From the NCBI GenBank assembly GCA_043228905.1, contig JBHGNT010000015.1, forward strand, positions 13,206,001 to 13,270,000: a stretch of DNA of 64,000 nt. The letters run 5' to 3'. This DNA is from Azolla caroliniana (Eukaryota > Plantae > Polypodiophyta). This document shows, piece after piece, positions 1 to 12,600 of this stretch (the first letter of the stretch is position 1; each line of letters opens with the position of its first letter). The notes under the pieces were generated by a model. The model searched no databases. It was not told the origin of the DNA and worked only from the letters and a program-made list of their open reading frames with translations. Made by a program: the position numbers and the translations under genes.

Positions 1-940
1 TCTACGCCGGCAAGGTTCAGCTCCCTCTCTTCGGTAATGAGCATTATCTCTTCTTCACTTGCCGCGAGTGCCGTCGTTCCTTTCCGGTCCTGCCCTCGCC
101 GATCCGGACCTCTCCGGTCCGTGGCTCCCCGGTATGCACCGTTTCTCTCCGGTGACTTCTTCGAATCGGCGTCGTCGGCTCCGTTGTCCTTTCGGTAATG
201 CCGACAATTCTTCCGGAAGTGCCCCGGCTTCCCACAGTGGAAGCAAATGGGTCTTCCTCTTGACTGCGACCGGGTCCCCGACTTCTCCCGTCTTTGCGGA
301 CTCCGGTTCCAGTGTCTTCCCCGTTCCGATTCGGTAAGCAGCGCCTTCGAGTCGGAGGCCGGTTCTTTATCTCTCCGACGCGCTTCTTCATTTAGAATAC
401 TTGTCTTTACCGTTTGTAGGGACAAGTTGTCTTCCGTGCAGGAGGTGCTGAGAGTCACCACCAAATTCTCCCAGCTGTCCGGCAATGTACACATCAGGAT
501 GATGGCTTGCATTGCATCCTCCAACGGGAACTTGATCGCCGCAAGCTGGTTCACGAATCCCATGAACGTGCTTACGTGTTCCACCATACTCTCGCCGTCC
601 CGGTACTTGAGGTTCACTATCTTTCTCATCAGGGAGGTCCGGTTCAACGCATTCTTCCTCTCATAGAGGCCCGACAGCTTCTTCCACATCTCATAGGCGT
701 TCGTATCGTTCGCCACATGTTGCAGGACACTTACATCGACATATTGCCGGATCGTCGCTACTGCTTTCCGGTTCAGGAGCTTCCACTCCGACTCAAGTAC
801 TCCCTTCGGTATTTCCGACCTGTCAATCGGTTCGTACAGGTCCCGAACAATCAGAAGATCCTCCATCTTGATCTTCCAGTCGGCGTAATTCTGCGCATTC
901 AGCACCATCATTCCCGGCTGCCCGCTACCGCCGCCTTCCA
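1..940 (-). CDS. Copia gag N-terminus with CCHC knuckle (partial, continues beyond the window)
   Basis: Reverse-strand homolog of the 11213-12150 region. Confidence 0.8.
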
Positions 941-1457
941 TCTTCTGTGTTATCGTCGCTCTGATACCACTTTGTAAAGAATTGACGCTATCAAATCTTT
1001 CGCCTCTCGGCCACAACCGAGACAACACGGATCAATGCAGCAGAAAAATAAAAACAAAGACACAGAGAGATGAATACACAGGGTATAACGTGGAAAACCC
1101 TAAACGGGAAAAACCACGGGAGTGCTCGACTCCAACTACCACTATACACTGGAACATACAATGGCGAGCTGCAAGGCGACGACCTTGAGCTCGCTGTCCT
1201 CGCCACAGGCGGCGGTATTACACAGAGGCGTCGACCTCTTCGTTTCTCTCTCTCTCTCTCTCTCTCGGCTGCTCTCACTTCGCTCCCTCTAAGTGGAAAA
1301 ACAGAAAATGAGCAACAACAGTAAAACTGTTTGCCCTAAGTCATATTTATACGCATATGACTTTCGGGCTATTTACAAATATAGCCTCAAGGGCCCTTGG
1401 CAAACATATTCACAAATATGTCCCCGCATCCGGATCTCGCTCACCGGGTACATTCGT

Positions 1458-1588
1458 CATCCGGCTCCGTAGCCGGGGTCTTCAGCATCCGGCTCCGTAG
1501 CCGGGGTCTTCAGCATCCGGCTCCGTAACCGGGGTCTTCAGCATCCGGCTCCGTAACCGGGGTCTTCATCATCCTACGGTTCCGTAAC
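1458..1588. repeat. 28-bp tandem repeat (4 copies plus 1 degenerate) in the LTR U3 region
   Basis: CATCCGGCTCCGTA(G/A)CCGGGGTCTTCAG at 1458, 1486, 1514, 1542. Confidence 0.9.
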
Positions 1589-1651
1589 AGCCTCCGGGCT
1601 TGCCGTCATTCATCTCCGGACATCCCATCCGGAGGGACCGAAATTCCAACA

Positions 1652-2852
1652 GTTCCCACTCCGATTCTGATCTACTACGACAATATTAGTAGCATGTAGC
1701 TGACCAAAGACCCTATTTTCCATGCTCGCACAAAGCTAATAGAAGTGCATTATCATTTTGTGTGCGAGCGAGTCTTGAGCGGTGAAGTCGAACTCAGATA
1801 TGTTCGAATCGATCAACAAATTGCTGACATCTTCACCAAGGCGCTCAAATCAAATAAGTTGCAATATTTTTCGGAGATGCTTGAGTTACAACATCTTGAC
1901 GTGCCACACTTGAGGGGGAGAATAGGTGGAGGAGAGCAACAGGAGGAAGCCGAATCGATTAAAGAAGTCAACGCATCCGGAAGAGCCAGAACATGTGACA
2001 AAGGTGGTAGAGTGAAGAAGGACAGAGCTGACCGTAGGAAAAAGGCCAGGACCAAGACATGGTCGGACATGGTTCAGGATCTGAAAAAGGAGGACGAATC
2101 GGAGACAACCAATTTGGTCGAGTAGTTCAATTGGAATGAGCCGAATAACATGAAGGTCGAGCGGACAAGAGGGCAGTTGAAGTCGACGCCAACACGGAGG
2201 AGCCGACGGGTCGAGAAGCACCAATGTCACAACAACAAGGGACTGAGATGGGCATGATGAGCAAACAAGCCGACTAAGGAGGTCGAGATGCGCGGAACCG
2301 GACAGGTGGAGGAGTGCTACCAAGGCATGAGGACGCCAGGAGGAGCTGGAGACAAGAACCGGCGAATGCTGACACGACAGACCAACCTCAAGTTGAGGTT
2401 TAGGGGGAGTGTTGAGCGAGCAAGCTCAACGTGGGCCGGATCAGCTGAACAAGCCGAGAGCCGGATCGATGTGGGAAGCCGGATTGGGAATCGGGTCAGT
2501 GAGGCGGATTCGCATGGAGTAGGTAGGTCGTTAGAGGCCTACAATCCTAAATTACCAGGTAGTTATAGTCCTAGGAGTTAGTGTCAGTAGCTCAGTTATG
2601 AGCATTGAAGTACTTGTCAGTATTTTGGTCCGTCCTTTATCGACTTATATAAAAGTGCTCATTGAGCACATGTGTATGTATAAAGCATTATTTTGAAATC
2701 TAGTTTTACTGTGTTCTGCTCTCTCTCTCTCTCTCTTTGTCTCTCTCGAGTACTCTGGATTCTTTGTGTGTTCTCTATTGATTCTCTGTGTTCTCTGTTG
2801 TTATCCGGTTGAGCCGGTTTTGTCTGTTCTTGCTATCGCACGCTAATCTTCA
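1652..2852 (+). mobile_element. Degenerate copia 3' end: RNase H remnant, about 500-bp 3' extension, PPT and 3' LTR (about 2410-2852)
   Basis: PIFHARTKLIEVHYHFVCERV...QIADIFTKAL; AGGGGGAG just before TGTTGAG; TATA-like motif and CT tract inside the LTR. Confidence 0.75.
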
Positions 2853-3480
2853 TACCCAATTATTGCCTTATGCCTTGTGGCCCGATAGAACCACCCATAA
2901 TTCAGTGACATGGTTCATGCTAGTCGAGTTCGTGTACGGACAAAAGCCAGTGATGCCCATCAAAGAGACGATCATGTCGTGAGTAGGGATGTTGTGGAGG
3001 AATGAGATGAACCGAGAAGAGCTTTTGGAAACAAGGATATAAGACAACTTTAGAGAAGACTAGAAAACTTGGAGTTGACACTGTGAAGGTTAGAAGCAAC
3101 TAGGCTCAAGAACAGGGGCAAATTCGACAAAACGCATCGACTACACCTAAAGAAGATCATCAACTACGCCTAAAGAAGGCAACTGATTGGGTGATCATGT
3201 ACGACAACAACCTCGACAATCAATAATACTCGATGAGGAATTTTGCGAGAAGGTGTTGTGGTGACAAGTGCAAATGACAACACCACCAACCACCTCGCCA
3301 AACTCGACGGATTAATGGTAGGGTATTGATAGTAGGTAAACAAGTTAACATCTTAAAGAAGCAACATGAAGATGAGCTAAATCGTCGATGACCTTAGGGA
3401 AGACGAGCATGAAAAAGAGCAAGAATTGCATCATGAGGATGAGGAGTATTCAGATGAAGATGATGCAGATGGAGGTTGAC
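2853..3480 (+). pseudogene. Degenerate Ty3/gypsy (non-chromovirus-like) integrase C-terminal fragment
   Basis: LPYALWPDRTTHNSVT...VYGQKPVMP with stops and frameshifts. Confidence 0.65.
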
Positions 3481-3812
3481 TACCTTGGGCTCCCCATTCT
3501 TCATATATACTTGTGGATGTGTGGTTTGTTGGGGCTAGATGTTGTGATGTGGCATGCCCGAAGGTGGAAAACATGGAAAAGGGCAAATGTAGGGTAAGAA
3601 GAAATTTTTTATATGTAAATAATAGAATAAATATATAATCAATAAAAGTATATGGCCTAGGGGTTAGAGCCATTAACTTAATATAGTAGGTGCAAAGTTT
3701 CAATATTTATCAACATGACGTAGAGAACTCATTTTCTTTCTTCGGGGATTTTTCTTCTTTGATCTTTTTTGCCAAGTTGGCTTCAGAGGAAGTCATTTAA
3801 GGATTGAGTTTG

Positions 3813-4168
3813 GTTGAAGATGTGTGGATAGCATAGTTGAATGTGATAAGAGACTGAGAACTGTATTAAGGTGTGATAATTAGGTTTTAGAAGTTGAAGA
3901 TGTGTGGATAGCATAGTTGAATGTGATAAGAGACTGAGAACTGTATTAAGGTGTGATAATTAGGTTTTAGAAGTTGAAGATGTGTGGATAGCATAGTTGA
4001 ATGTGATAAGAGACTGAGAACTGTATTAAGGTGTGATAATTAGGTTTTAGAAGTTGAAGATGTGTGGATAGCATAGTTGAATGTGATAAGAGACTGAGAA
4101 CTGTATTAAAGTGTGATAATTAGGTTTTAGAAGTTGAAGATGTGTGGATAGCATAGTTGAATGTGATA
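3813..4168. repeat. 80-bp tandem repeat, about 4.4 near-identical copies
   Basis: ATGTGATA recurs at 3841, 3921, 4001, 4081, 4161. Confidence 0.95.
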
Positions 4169-4169
4169 G

Positions 4170-5670
4170 AGGAAAGTGTGCATAATCGACTGAGTGTAAA
4201 TAGATCATAGTAGATCCAAAACGATTTATTGTAATTTAGATCCGAAAAGTTATATCCAACGATTGTAACTGTAGATTTGAAACAGTATGCCGAATGGCAT
4301 TGTAACTCACATGTCTTTCCTATATAAAGGGGGCATGTGTATTGTATCATTACCTATATAAGAGTACTTAATAGAGAAATATTTTTGGTATACGGTGTCA
4401 TTGTTGATGCTTAACAAAGAGATATCTTTTTGGTTATACATTGTCCGTGTCTGTGTTTTTATGTTTCTATGTTATATTCCGAGTTCATAAGTTGTGTTGT
4501 GTGTTTATAGCCGATTCGGCTATAGTCGATTCGGCCATCTACCGGTTACGATTCAATTCATTACCATTTCTTCGACCATGATCTTTGGTGAAAGATATTT
4601 TGTGATAAGATATCTGACCCGTGTTATTGAGAGGATAAAATATTTTGGCGACCACGATAGGATATCCGACTCAGCAATGGTGGGTTGTGCCAGATGGAGA
4701 TTTGACATAATATGAAAAGGCTTCTACAAAATAGATGAGAGCAGTATGAACAAAGTTGGGGAGGATCTTAGAGAAGATTTTTAAGTTTTGGTTCAAATCC
4801 ATTCAACATGAAGATGAATAAATGCAACTCATGATAGAGTTGGAAGCTTATGAAAAGGAACAAACTCAATTAATTTGAGTAGGAGGGAGACCAAGTTGAA
4901 CAAGTGAATCTCAGTGATGCCGAAGAGGACGAGGAGCAAGCATAGCAGACGAAGGACAAAGATAGCGAGGATTCAACTTAGAAGGAATAAAGTATCCTTG
5001 ATATTTTGGAAGACAATTGAAGGGCATTCTGGGTTCGAACATGCAAATCATTGTCCCATGGGTATGCCATGTGTTATGCATAGGGGATTAGAGCCGAAGG
5101 GTCAAAAGCAATGTGAAAGGGCTAAAGGAACGAATGACCGTAAAGTAATATGGAGTCGAAGCCGAAAGTATTATATGCGAAGCCGAGTTAGATATTGCCG
5201 AGAATGTAAATAGATAATAGTAAATCTGAAACCATGTATTGTAATTCAGATCCGAAAAGGTATATTCAATGGTATGTCATTGTAACTTGTAGATTTGAAA
5301 CGGTGTACCAAATGGCATTGTAACTCCCGTGTCTTTCCTATATAAAGGGAGCATGTGTATTGTATCATTACCTGTATAGGAGTACTTAAAAGAGAGATAT
5401 TTTTGGGAAAAATGTCATTGTTTATGCTTAACAAAGAGATATCTTTTTGGTTATACATTGTCTGTGTCTGTGTATTTATGTGTCTATGTTATATTCTGAG
5501 TTCATAAGTTAAGTGTTGTGTTAATAGCCGATTTAGCTATAATTAATTCGACCATTCGACCATCTACCCATTACGGTTCAATTAATTACCATTTCTTCGA
5601 CCATGATCTTTGGTGAAAGATATTTTGTAATATAAGATATTTGACCTGTGTTATTGAGAGGATAACATCA
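4170..5670 (+). mobile_element. Short non-autonomous LTR element: two diverged LTR-like direct repeats (about 4200-4642 and about 5200-5670) around a short non-coding interior
   Basis: Direct repeat of more than 400 bp with TATA boxes; PBS-like TGGCGACCACG follows the first copy. Confidence 0.6.
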
Positions 5671-6050
5671 ATTACTCCCATCACTTGTGCCCCAACACCA
5701 TGTCTCACATCTTAGTGCGTGTGAGCTAAGTTAGATGGAAGCAATGATTTGGATGGTAAACAATAGGATGAACTCTAACATGTACTGGTGCGTGTGGTTT
5801 CTTCATTCTACAAAGAATATGGTTTTCTAATCAAATGTGAAGTATAATTGTTTCTACACTCTCTTTTGGATCTTTTTGCTCGTTCCCATGCCATTCTAAA
5901 AGTCGGGTCAATTTATATTTTAGGCCTTGAGGTGAAAAATCCATGAGCTTCCTAGTTTAGGCATACTATTGAAGGTAGAAATTTGTCTTATGAGGCCTTT
6001 TGGTCAAGGGAACCCTATACAACATTGTCCTTCATGGGTCCAATTTTAAT
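5671..6050 (-). mobile_element. Degenerate RTE/RTEX-like LINE fragment
   Basis: Visible similarity to 56830-57260. Confidence 0.6.
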
Positions 6051-6467
6051 CAAGTAAAAGCATTCAATAATAATAATAATACCATCAATTATTCCCAATA
6101 ACATAACATCTTATAGTAAACACATTATATAGGAAGAAATTTTAGAAATATTTACATTTGTGAAGGAATCACTGACCTCATGTCCAAGTCCTATCTTATC
6201 GATATACTTAATATTTTGCATGCATGTTAGTTGTGGTTACAAAGTGGTGGTTGGGCATTGCTCATACACCATACTCGAGAAGCAAAATACGAAGTTTATA
6301 TGTTGACCAAGGATACGTGTCTACCATGTAATCATGATTTAACATGGACAAAGATCATCCCTCCCAGAGAATATAAGTTTCCAGAGCATTGACTGATGAT
6401 CCTTGTGGAACCCACTGAAGTTTTCTTCACATTGAGCAATGATTCCTGTGTATCATGCTAACAAAGG

Positions 6468-6615
6468 TTATATTTGTTTCTTCAATCGGCGATAGAATAA
6501 CCTTTTCAAGATTTGAATTTCAGTTTGCCCAAATATGCATATAACCAGACAGAAAGTTGTTAGGCCAACACAGCTTGCAAAGACCATTGAGCAAATTTTA
6601 ACCACCCATAATAGC
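6468..6615 (-). CDS. murJ: murJ terminal exon 21 ([18 protein letters not shown]...RRLKKQI*)
   Basis: gcag acceptor, phase fits; last TM helix, basic tail, TAA stop. Confidence 0.75.
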
Positions 6616-9600
6616 CTGCATTGGAAAACGGATGGCCATGTGAGCTGAAGGCGAAATCCACCATAATTAACACTGAAATATTTATTCTTATTTAAATTGT
6701 CCTTCTAAGAAGATATTTCTCTTCATTGAATAGAGGCCTGCATTTTTAATTGGATTTGGCACATACTGGCATGCATGATAAAGACAGTGAATCAATTGAA
6801 TGCTATAGCTTGATAACTGAATAGTGGTTTTCTCACTTCCTTTTGTTTGAAGTGTGTACATTCAATTTACAGTGTTTGGTTAGACTAGACAGTTCGTGCA
6901 AGTCTCTGGTCCATGTACAAAAGAACCTGCTGCCCACATGTCATAGTTTAACTTCTGTGCCCAAGCCAGGAAATAGCAATGATACTTCTATATGTACAGA
7001 TATAAAATTAAACACTCAAATAACAAGAGGAATGAGATGCACCACAGTTTATGTAATAATGAGTATTCAACTAAGTGAGCTTAATTGCTATCCTTCAATG
7101 TTGCCTTACATTACATTGTGGTTCAAGATTATAAACAAGAATAATTCTATTAGGTTGGCATACCTTAATTTCAGTAAAACACCAAAACCCCATTTGTATG
7201 ATGTTTTCGTTGCACCACCTGCTAGGATTGAAGCTCCAAAGATTAAACCACAAAAGTATAGCCATTTTCGGAGTGGTAATCCTGATAATACAGTTAAAAA
7301 GAAATCAATTTAAAAATAATTCTCCTAGTTTATTCATAAACTCAACATATTGAAATAATTACCATTTAGTTTAGGATAAAGAATTGCAATCAATGCCACA
7401 ATAGATAGAGTATGTACAAGTGTGGTTGCAAGCACCTAAAACATAAAACAAATTTGTTATTTTATTGGATGGTTAAGACTAGTAATCCTCCAGAACCACC
7501 CACTGAACCTACCAAACCTTCAGGACCAAAGGAAAACGCTCTTACTAAAACCCAGTCTAGCAGAGCATTTATGCCAATTGCAGCAATGCTTATGCAAAAG
7601 GGCGTCTTTCCATCACCAAGAATGTAAAACAGTTGAATAAAGACCTCTCGCATGAGATAAATTGATGAGCCAGCAATATCTACAATGTTAGTAAACCATT
7701 CAATTACTTCCTCTGAAAGAGAACAAGAACAAAGAAGGATGATGTGTGTATGCTTACAATATGATAGTATAGAAGAGACCATTGTGGATGCTGATGCACC
7801 AAAAGACAAACGTTGCAATACAACTTCCACTAATGGTCTTGAGAGGGGAAGTACTATTGCTGTCATTGATAGACTTGTCACCTGTACAACTTTTAACTAT
7901 GAAACTATGAATAAAAAAGGAAAGACAGGAAATTTCCTTTTTGTATACAATGTGTACCAGAACTAGGAGAATTGCTTCACTGATTCTATCTTTCAATTCA
8001 GCAAAATCTGGAGGCTGTAGCAACTAACAATCCAAGTTAGTTTTCTTTGATAAAAACAAACTAGTTTATGTTGATATCAGAGATTTTTAAACACAAATTT
8101 ATATACACCTACATATAAATTTTCATTCATATTCATCTCCAATAAATTGCTATCAGATTGGAGATATCACTTTGATGGTAGTGGTTAAGTTATTGATGAA
8201 AATGTATTTAATAGATTTAACAGAGCCATTCACAGAAGTTTGACTCCACAATATGGACCATCATCTGAGCTAGGAAAATACATATTTAAAAACACAATGA
8301 ATGCATTTACTAGCATCGAGTGTCTGAAATACAGATTATGCTAGTAAACAGATTTTTTTTTATCTTGAGCATAGGAAACACAGAAAAATATGGGTTGAGC
8401 GTGTATTCTGTATATCAAGGCACTAGTTCATGTATTCTCAACGCCAAATATTGCTTCCATCCTGTAAGTGCACTTTACCCATAACCTTAGCCTGGACTAT
8501 CCATCATGGCACATTCATAGTACAGCATTAATCCATTAAGCTCAATGGGCACATTAATCCATTTATTCTCAATTAATTCCTCCTATCATTTATTTATATG
8601 TAGAAAATGCAATTAAAATATCATTGCAGCCTCCAATAAGGAGTTATTTTCCACCCCAGTAAAAGCATATGAGATATGTCAAAGCTCCTCCTATTTCCTT
8701 ACGATTGGTAGTCAAAACGAAGCCATTTTACTTCCTAAGCTAAATGCAACATGGGTTCATAATGGATGAGTTCGGAATTACTTGAATCTTCACTCTTGCC
8801 TCAGTATTTCCTCACTGTCACTTTTGCTTCACTTTACTTCATTTGTAGACTAAGAGATTCTATTAGTAATAAAACATTGAAAAATAAAGAATAAAAAAAC
8901 TCTCAAAATGTAGTCTTAATGCTGCATACCATCACTATCGTCAGTAATGTCACATTCGCAGGGATATGTAGGAAGCACTTATTTGAAGCACTTATTTATT
9001 CAGTTCGTCACACTGCATGTTAACATTGTGTTTGCAACTCTTCTATATCATATAAGACTATAAGTAGTTCTATCTAATCACTTGAAGTAATGTGCTGACA
9101 GTAATGCTGAATTTTATCAAAAGGTTTTGCTTTAACACTGTACCTCTATGAACTCCGCAAATAAAGATATCATTGGCAATATAATCGAGCTTGACAGGAT
9201 ACCAAGTGGTGCCATGACAAGAAGATTTGCATCTGCATGCAAGACCACACATTATTATTATGATATATACACAATCTCAATGCACATTCAAATAGAGAAA
9301 CAAATTCATGGTACATGAATGCACAAAATACATGGAATCTCTAAGCAAATGGGAACATGCATGTAAAGAAAGATATATTAACGTCTTTTAAGAGGCCAAA
9401 ATGGCCTATAAGACCAAATAAGAGATTACATCTTGAGTGCTGTCTCGTCTTTGAGAACAAATCAAAATAAAATAAATACTACACAGTAAATACAAAAGTA
9501 AATAAGATGAAAAAAGAAGAAACGAGGGAATCTGGTTTTTGGCACATGTGAGATTGTCAAGTTAGGTATATTGTAGCTTTTATCTTCGAAAGAGAGAGAG

Positions 9601-12600
9601 AGATATACAAAAAGATTTTCTGTTGTAACCGCCGGTTGGCGAAGACAAAGCTCGAGAATCTCACATGTGCCAAAAACCAGATTCCCTCGTTTCTTCTCTT
9701 TTCATCTTATTTACTTTTATATTTGCTGTGTAGTATTTATTTTATTTTGATTTGTTCTCAAAGACGAGACAACACTCAAGATGTAATCTCTTATTTGGTC
9801 TTATAAGCCATTTTGGCCTCTTAAAAGACGTTAATATATCTTTCTTTCTTTCTTTCTCCCTCTCTCTGTACAACAATAACAATGTTTTTTCTCATCTACA
9901 TCTAAGATGATTGCCCTAAGTTATATTTACACTTATATAACTTTAGACTATTTACAAATGTAGCCTCAATGGCTCCCATGAAACCTATTTACAAGTCTGT
10001 CCCTGCTTCCGGTTTACACCGGATCCATCCGGTCTGGTTTCCGGATATCTTCCGGATCCCATCCGTAGAGACCGGTTTCCCAACAATCTCCCCTTCCGGC
10101 ATGGGATGTTTTGTCAATCCGATCCGTTTTCTACACTCGTCCAGCTTGTCGACTGACAGTACCTTGGTCAGCATGTCTGATCCGTTTTCCTCCGTGTGGA
10201 TCTTTACCAACGCAAAGTCTTGCTCTTCAACTCTCTCCCGGAGCCAGTAGATACAGCGCAAAGTCTTGCTCTTCAACTCTCTCCCGGAGCCAGTAGATAC
10301 AGCGCAAAGTCTTGCTCTTCTACTCTCTCCCGGAGCCAATGGTATCTACGCTGGATGTGCTTTGTCCTGGAGTGGTACACCGCATTCTTTACAAGGTGGA
10401 TGGCACTTCCTTGCCAGCTTCCACAATTGCCACGATACGGTGCAACGGACTTCTTCAACCTCGACTACCATGATACGGCTCCCCCCGCATATGTCATAAC
10501 GTATCCGGATGTATACCGGCTGTATCTGCATCAGCCGACATGTCCGAATCGGTGAAGCCTTCAAATAGGGGTTTGTTGGGATTTCGGTCCCTTTCGGATG
10601 GGATGGTCGGATATCTGGGATGGATGCCGACAAGCCCGGTTTCGGTTTCGGATCCGGATGACGAAGACCCCAGCTTCGGTACCGGATGACGAATGTACCC
10701 GGTGAGCGATCCGGATGCAGGGACATATCCGTGAATATGTTCGCTATGGGCCCCTGAGGCTACAGTTGTAAATAGCCCAAAGTCATATAAGTATAAATAT
10801 GACTTAGGGCAAATAGTTTGTGTGTTGCTTCTTATTTTTCTGGTTTTTCACTTTTAGAGGAGTGAAGAGAGAGCAGTCGTGAGAGAGATAGAGCGCGAGA
10901 GAGGAAGAGGTAGACGCCTCTGTGTATTTCCGCCGCCTGTGGCGAGGACAGCGAGCTCAAGGTCGTCGCCTTGCAGCTCGTCATTGTATACTTCTCTGTA
11001 TAGTGTTGGGTTGGAGTCTTGTGCTCCCGTGGTTTTTCCCGTCTGGGTTTTCCACGTTAATTCCTGTGTACTCGCGCGTTTTTTTTTGTTTCTCCGTGTG
11101 GTTCCTATTTTCTACTGCATTGATCCGCGATTACTCGGTTGTGGCCGAGAGAAGAAGGTGAATCGAAGCGTCGATTCCCAACAAACTGGTATCAGAGCGA
11201 CTGTTGCAGAAAATGGAAGGCGGCGGCAGCGGGCAGCCGATGATGATGGTGCTGAATGCACAGAATTACGCCGACTGGAAGATCAAGATGGAGGATCTTC
11301 TGATTGTTCGGGACCTGTACGAACCGATTGACAGGTCGGAAATACCGAAGGGGGTACTTGAGTCGGAGTGGAAGCTCCTGAACCGGAAAGCCGTAGCGAC
11401 GATCCGACAATATGTCGATGTTAGCGTCCTACAACATGTGGCGAACGACACCAACGCATATGAGATGTGGCGGAAGCTGTCGGGCATCTACGAGAGGAAG
11501 AATGCGCTGAACCGGACCTCCCTGATGAGGAAGATTGTGAATCTTAAGTACCGGGACGGCGAGAGTATGGTGGAACACGTAAGCACGTTCATGGGATTCG
11601 TGAATCAGCTTGCGGCGATCAAGTTCCCATTGGAGGATGCAATGCAAGCCATCATCCTGATGTGTACATTGCCGGAAAGCTGGGAGAACTTGGTGGTGAC
11701 TCTCAGCACCTCCTGCACCGAAGATAACTTGTCCTTACAAACGGTAAAGACAAGTATTTTGAATGAAGAAGCGCGTCGGAGAGATAAGGAACCGGCCTCC
11801 GACCCGAAGATGTTGTTTACCGAATCGGATCGGGGAAGACAATGGAACCGGAGTCCGCAAAGACGGGAGAAGTCGGGGACCCGGTCGCAGTCAAGAGGAA
11901 GGCCCACATGCTTCCACTGTGGGAAGCCCGGGCACTTCCGAAAGAATTGTCGGCATTACCGAAAGGACAATGGAACCGACAACACCGATTCGAAGAAGTC
12001 ACCGGAGAGAAACGGTGCATACCGGGGAGCCACGGACCGAAATGGTTCGGATCGGCGAGGACAGGACCGGAAAGGAACGACGGCACTCGCGGCAAGTGAA
12101 GAGGAGATCATGCTCATCACCGAAGAAGGTGAACTAAACATTGCCGGCGATGAGACGACCTGGGTGGTCGATTCCGGAGCATCGTTCCACCTGACCCCGG
12201 AGAGAAGATACTTCTCATCCTACACAGCCGGCGAGCATGGCTGTGTTCGGATGGGAAACGAAGGTACGTGCCGGATTGCCGGCATAGGAGACGTGTGGTT
12301 GACAACCCCGACCGGATGCAAAATGCTGCTGAAGAATGTCCGACACGTTCCGGAGGTCCGACTGAACCTGATTTCGGCCGGGAGGCTAGATGATGAAGGC
12401 TACACGGGTAGCATCCGGAACGGTGTCATGAAGTTCAGCAAGGGGAGCTTGATAGTGGCTCGGGCCCGGAAGGTCAACACACTGTACCTGATGTATGCCT
12501 GGTTATGTCCGGAAGAGCTGAATGTGGCAGCCGACACTGCCGGTGAGCTGTGGCACAAAAGACTGTGCCACATGAGTGAGAAGGGGATGAAGAGGCTTGC

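Larger units (their letters stand above)
1..1651 (-). mobile_element. 5' part of a Ty1/copia (Tork/Tnt1-like) element, same family as 10574-15906: 5' LTR 973-1651, tRNA-iMet PBS 958-969, gag running off the window edge
   Basis: TG...CA LTR; TGGTATCAGAGC PBS; gag [19 protein letters not shown]... nearly identical to the 11213 ORF. Confidence 0.9.

Noticed and set aside
3813-4168. Possible CRISPR array
   Set aside because: Units are contiguous and identical with no unique spacers; no cas genes; eukaryotic context
6940-6990. Alternative murJ last exon ([12 protein letters not shown])
   Set aside because: In phase but lacks the final TM helix; 6468-6615 fits MurJ better, though a minor isoform is not excluded
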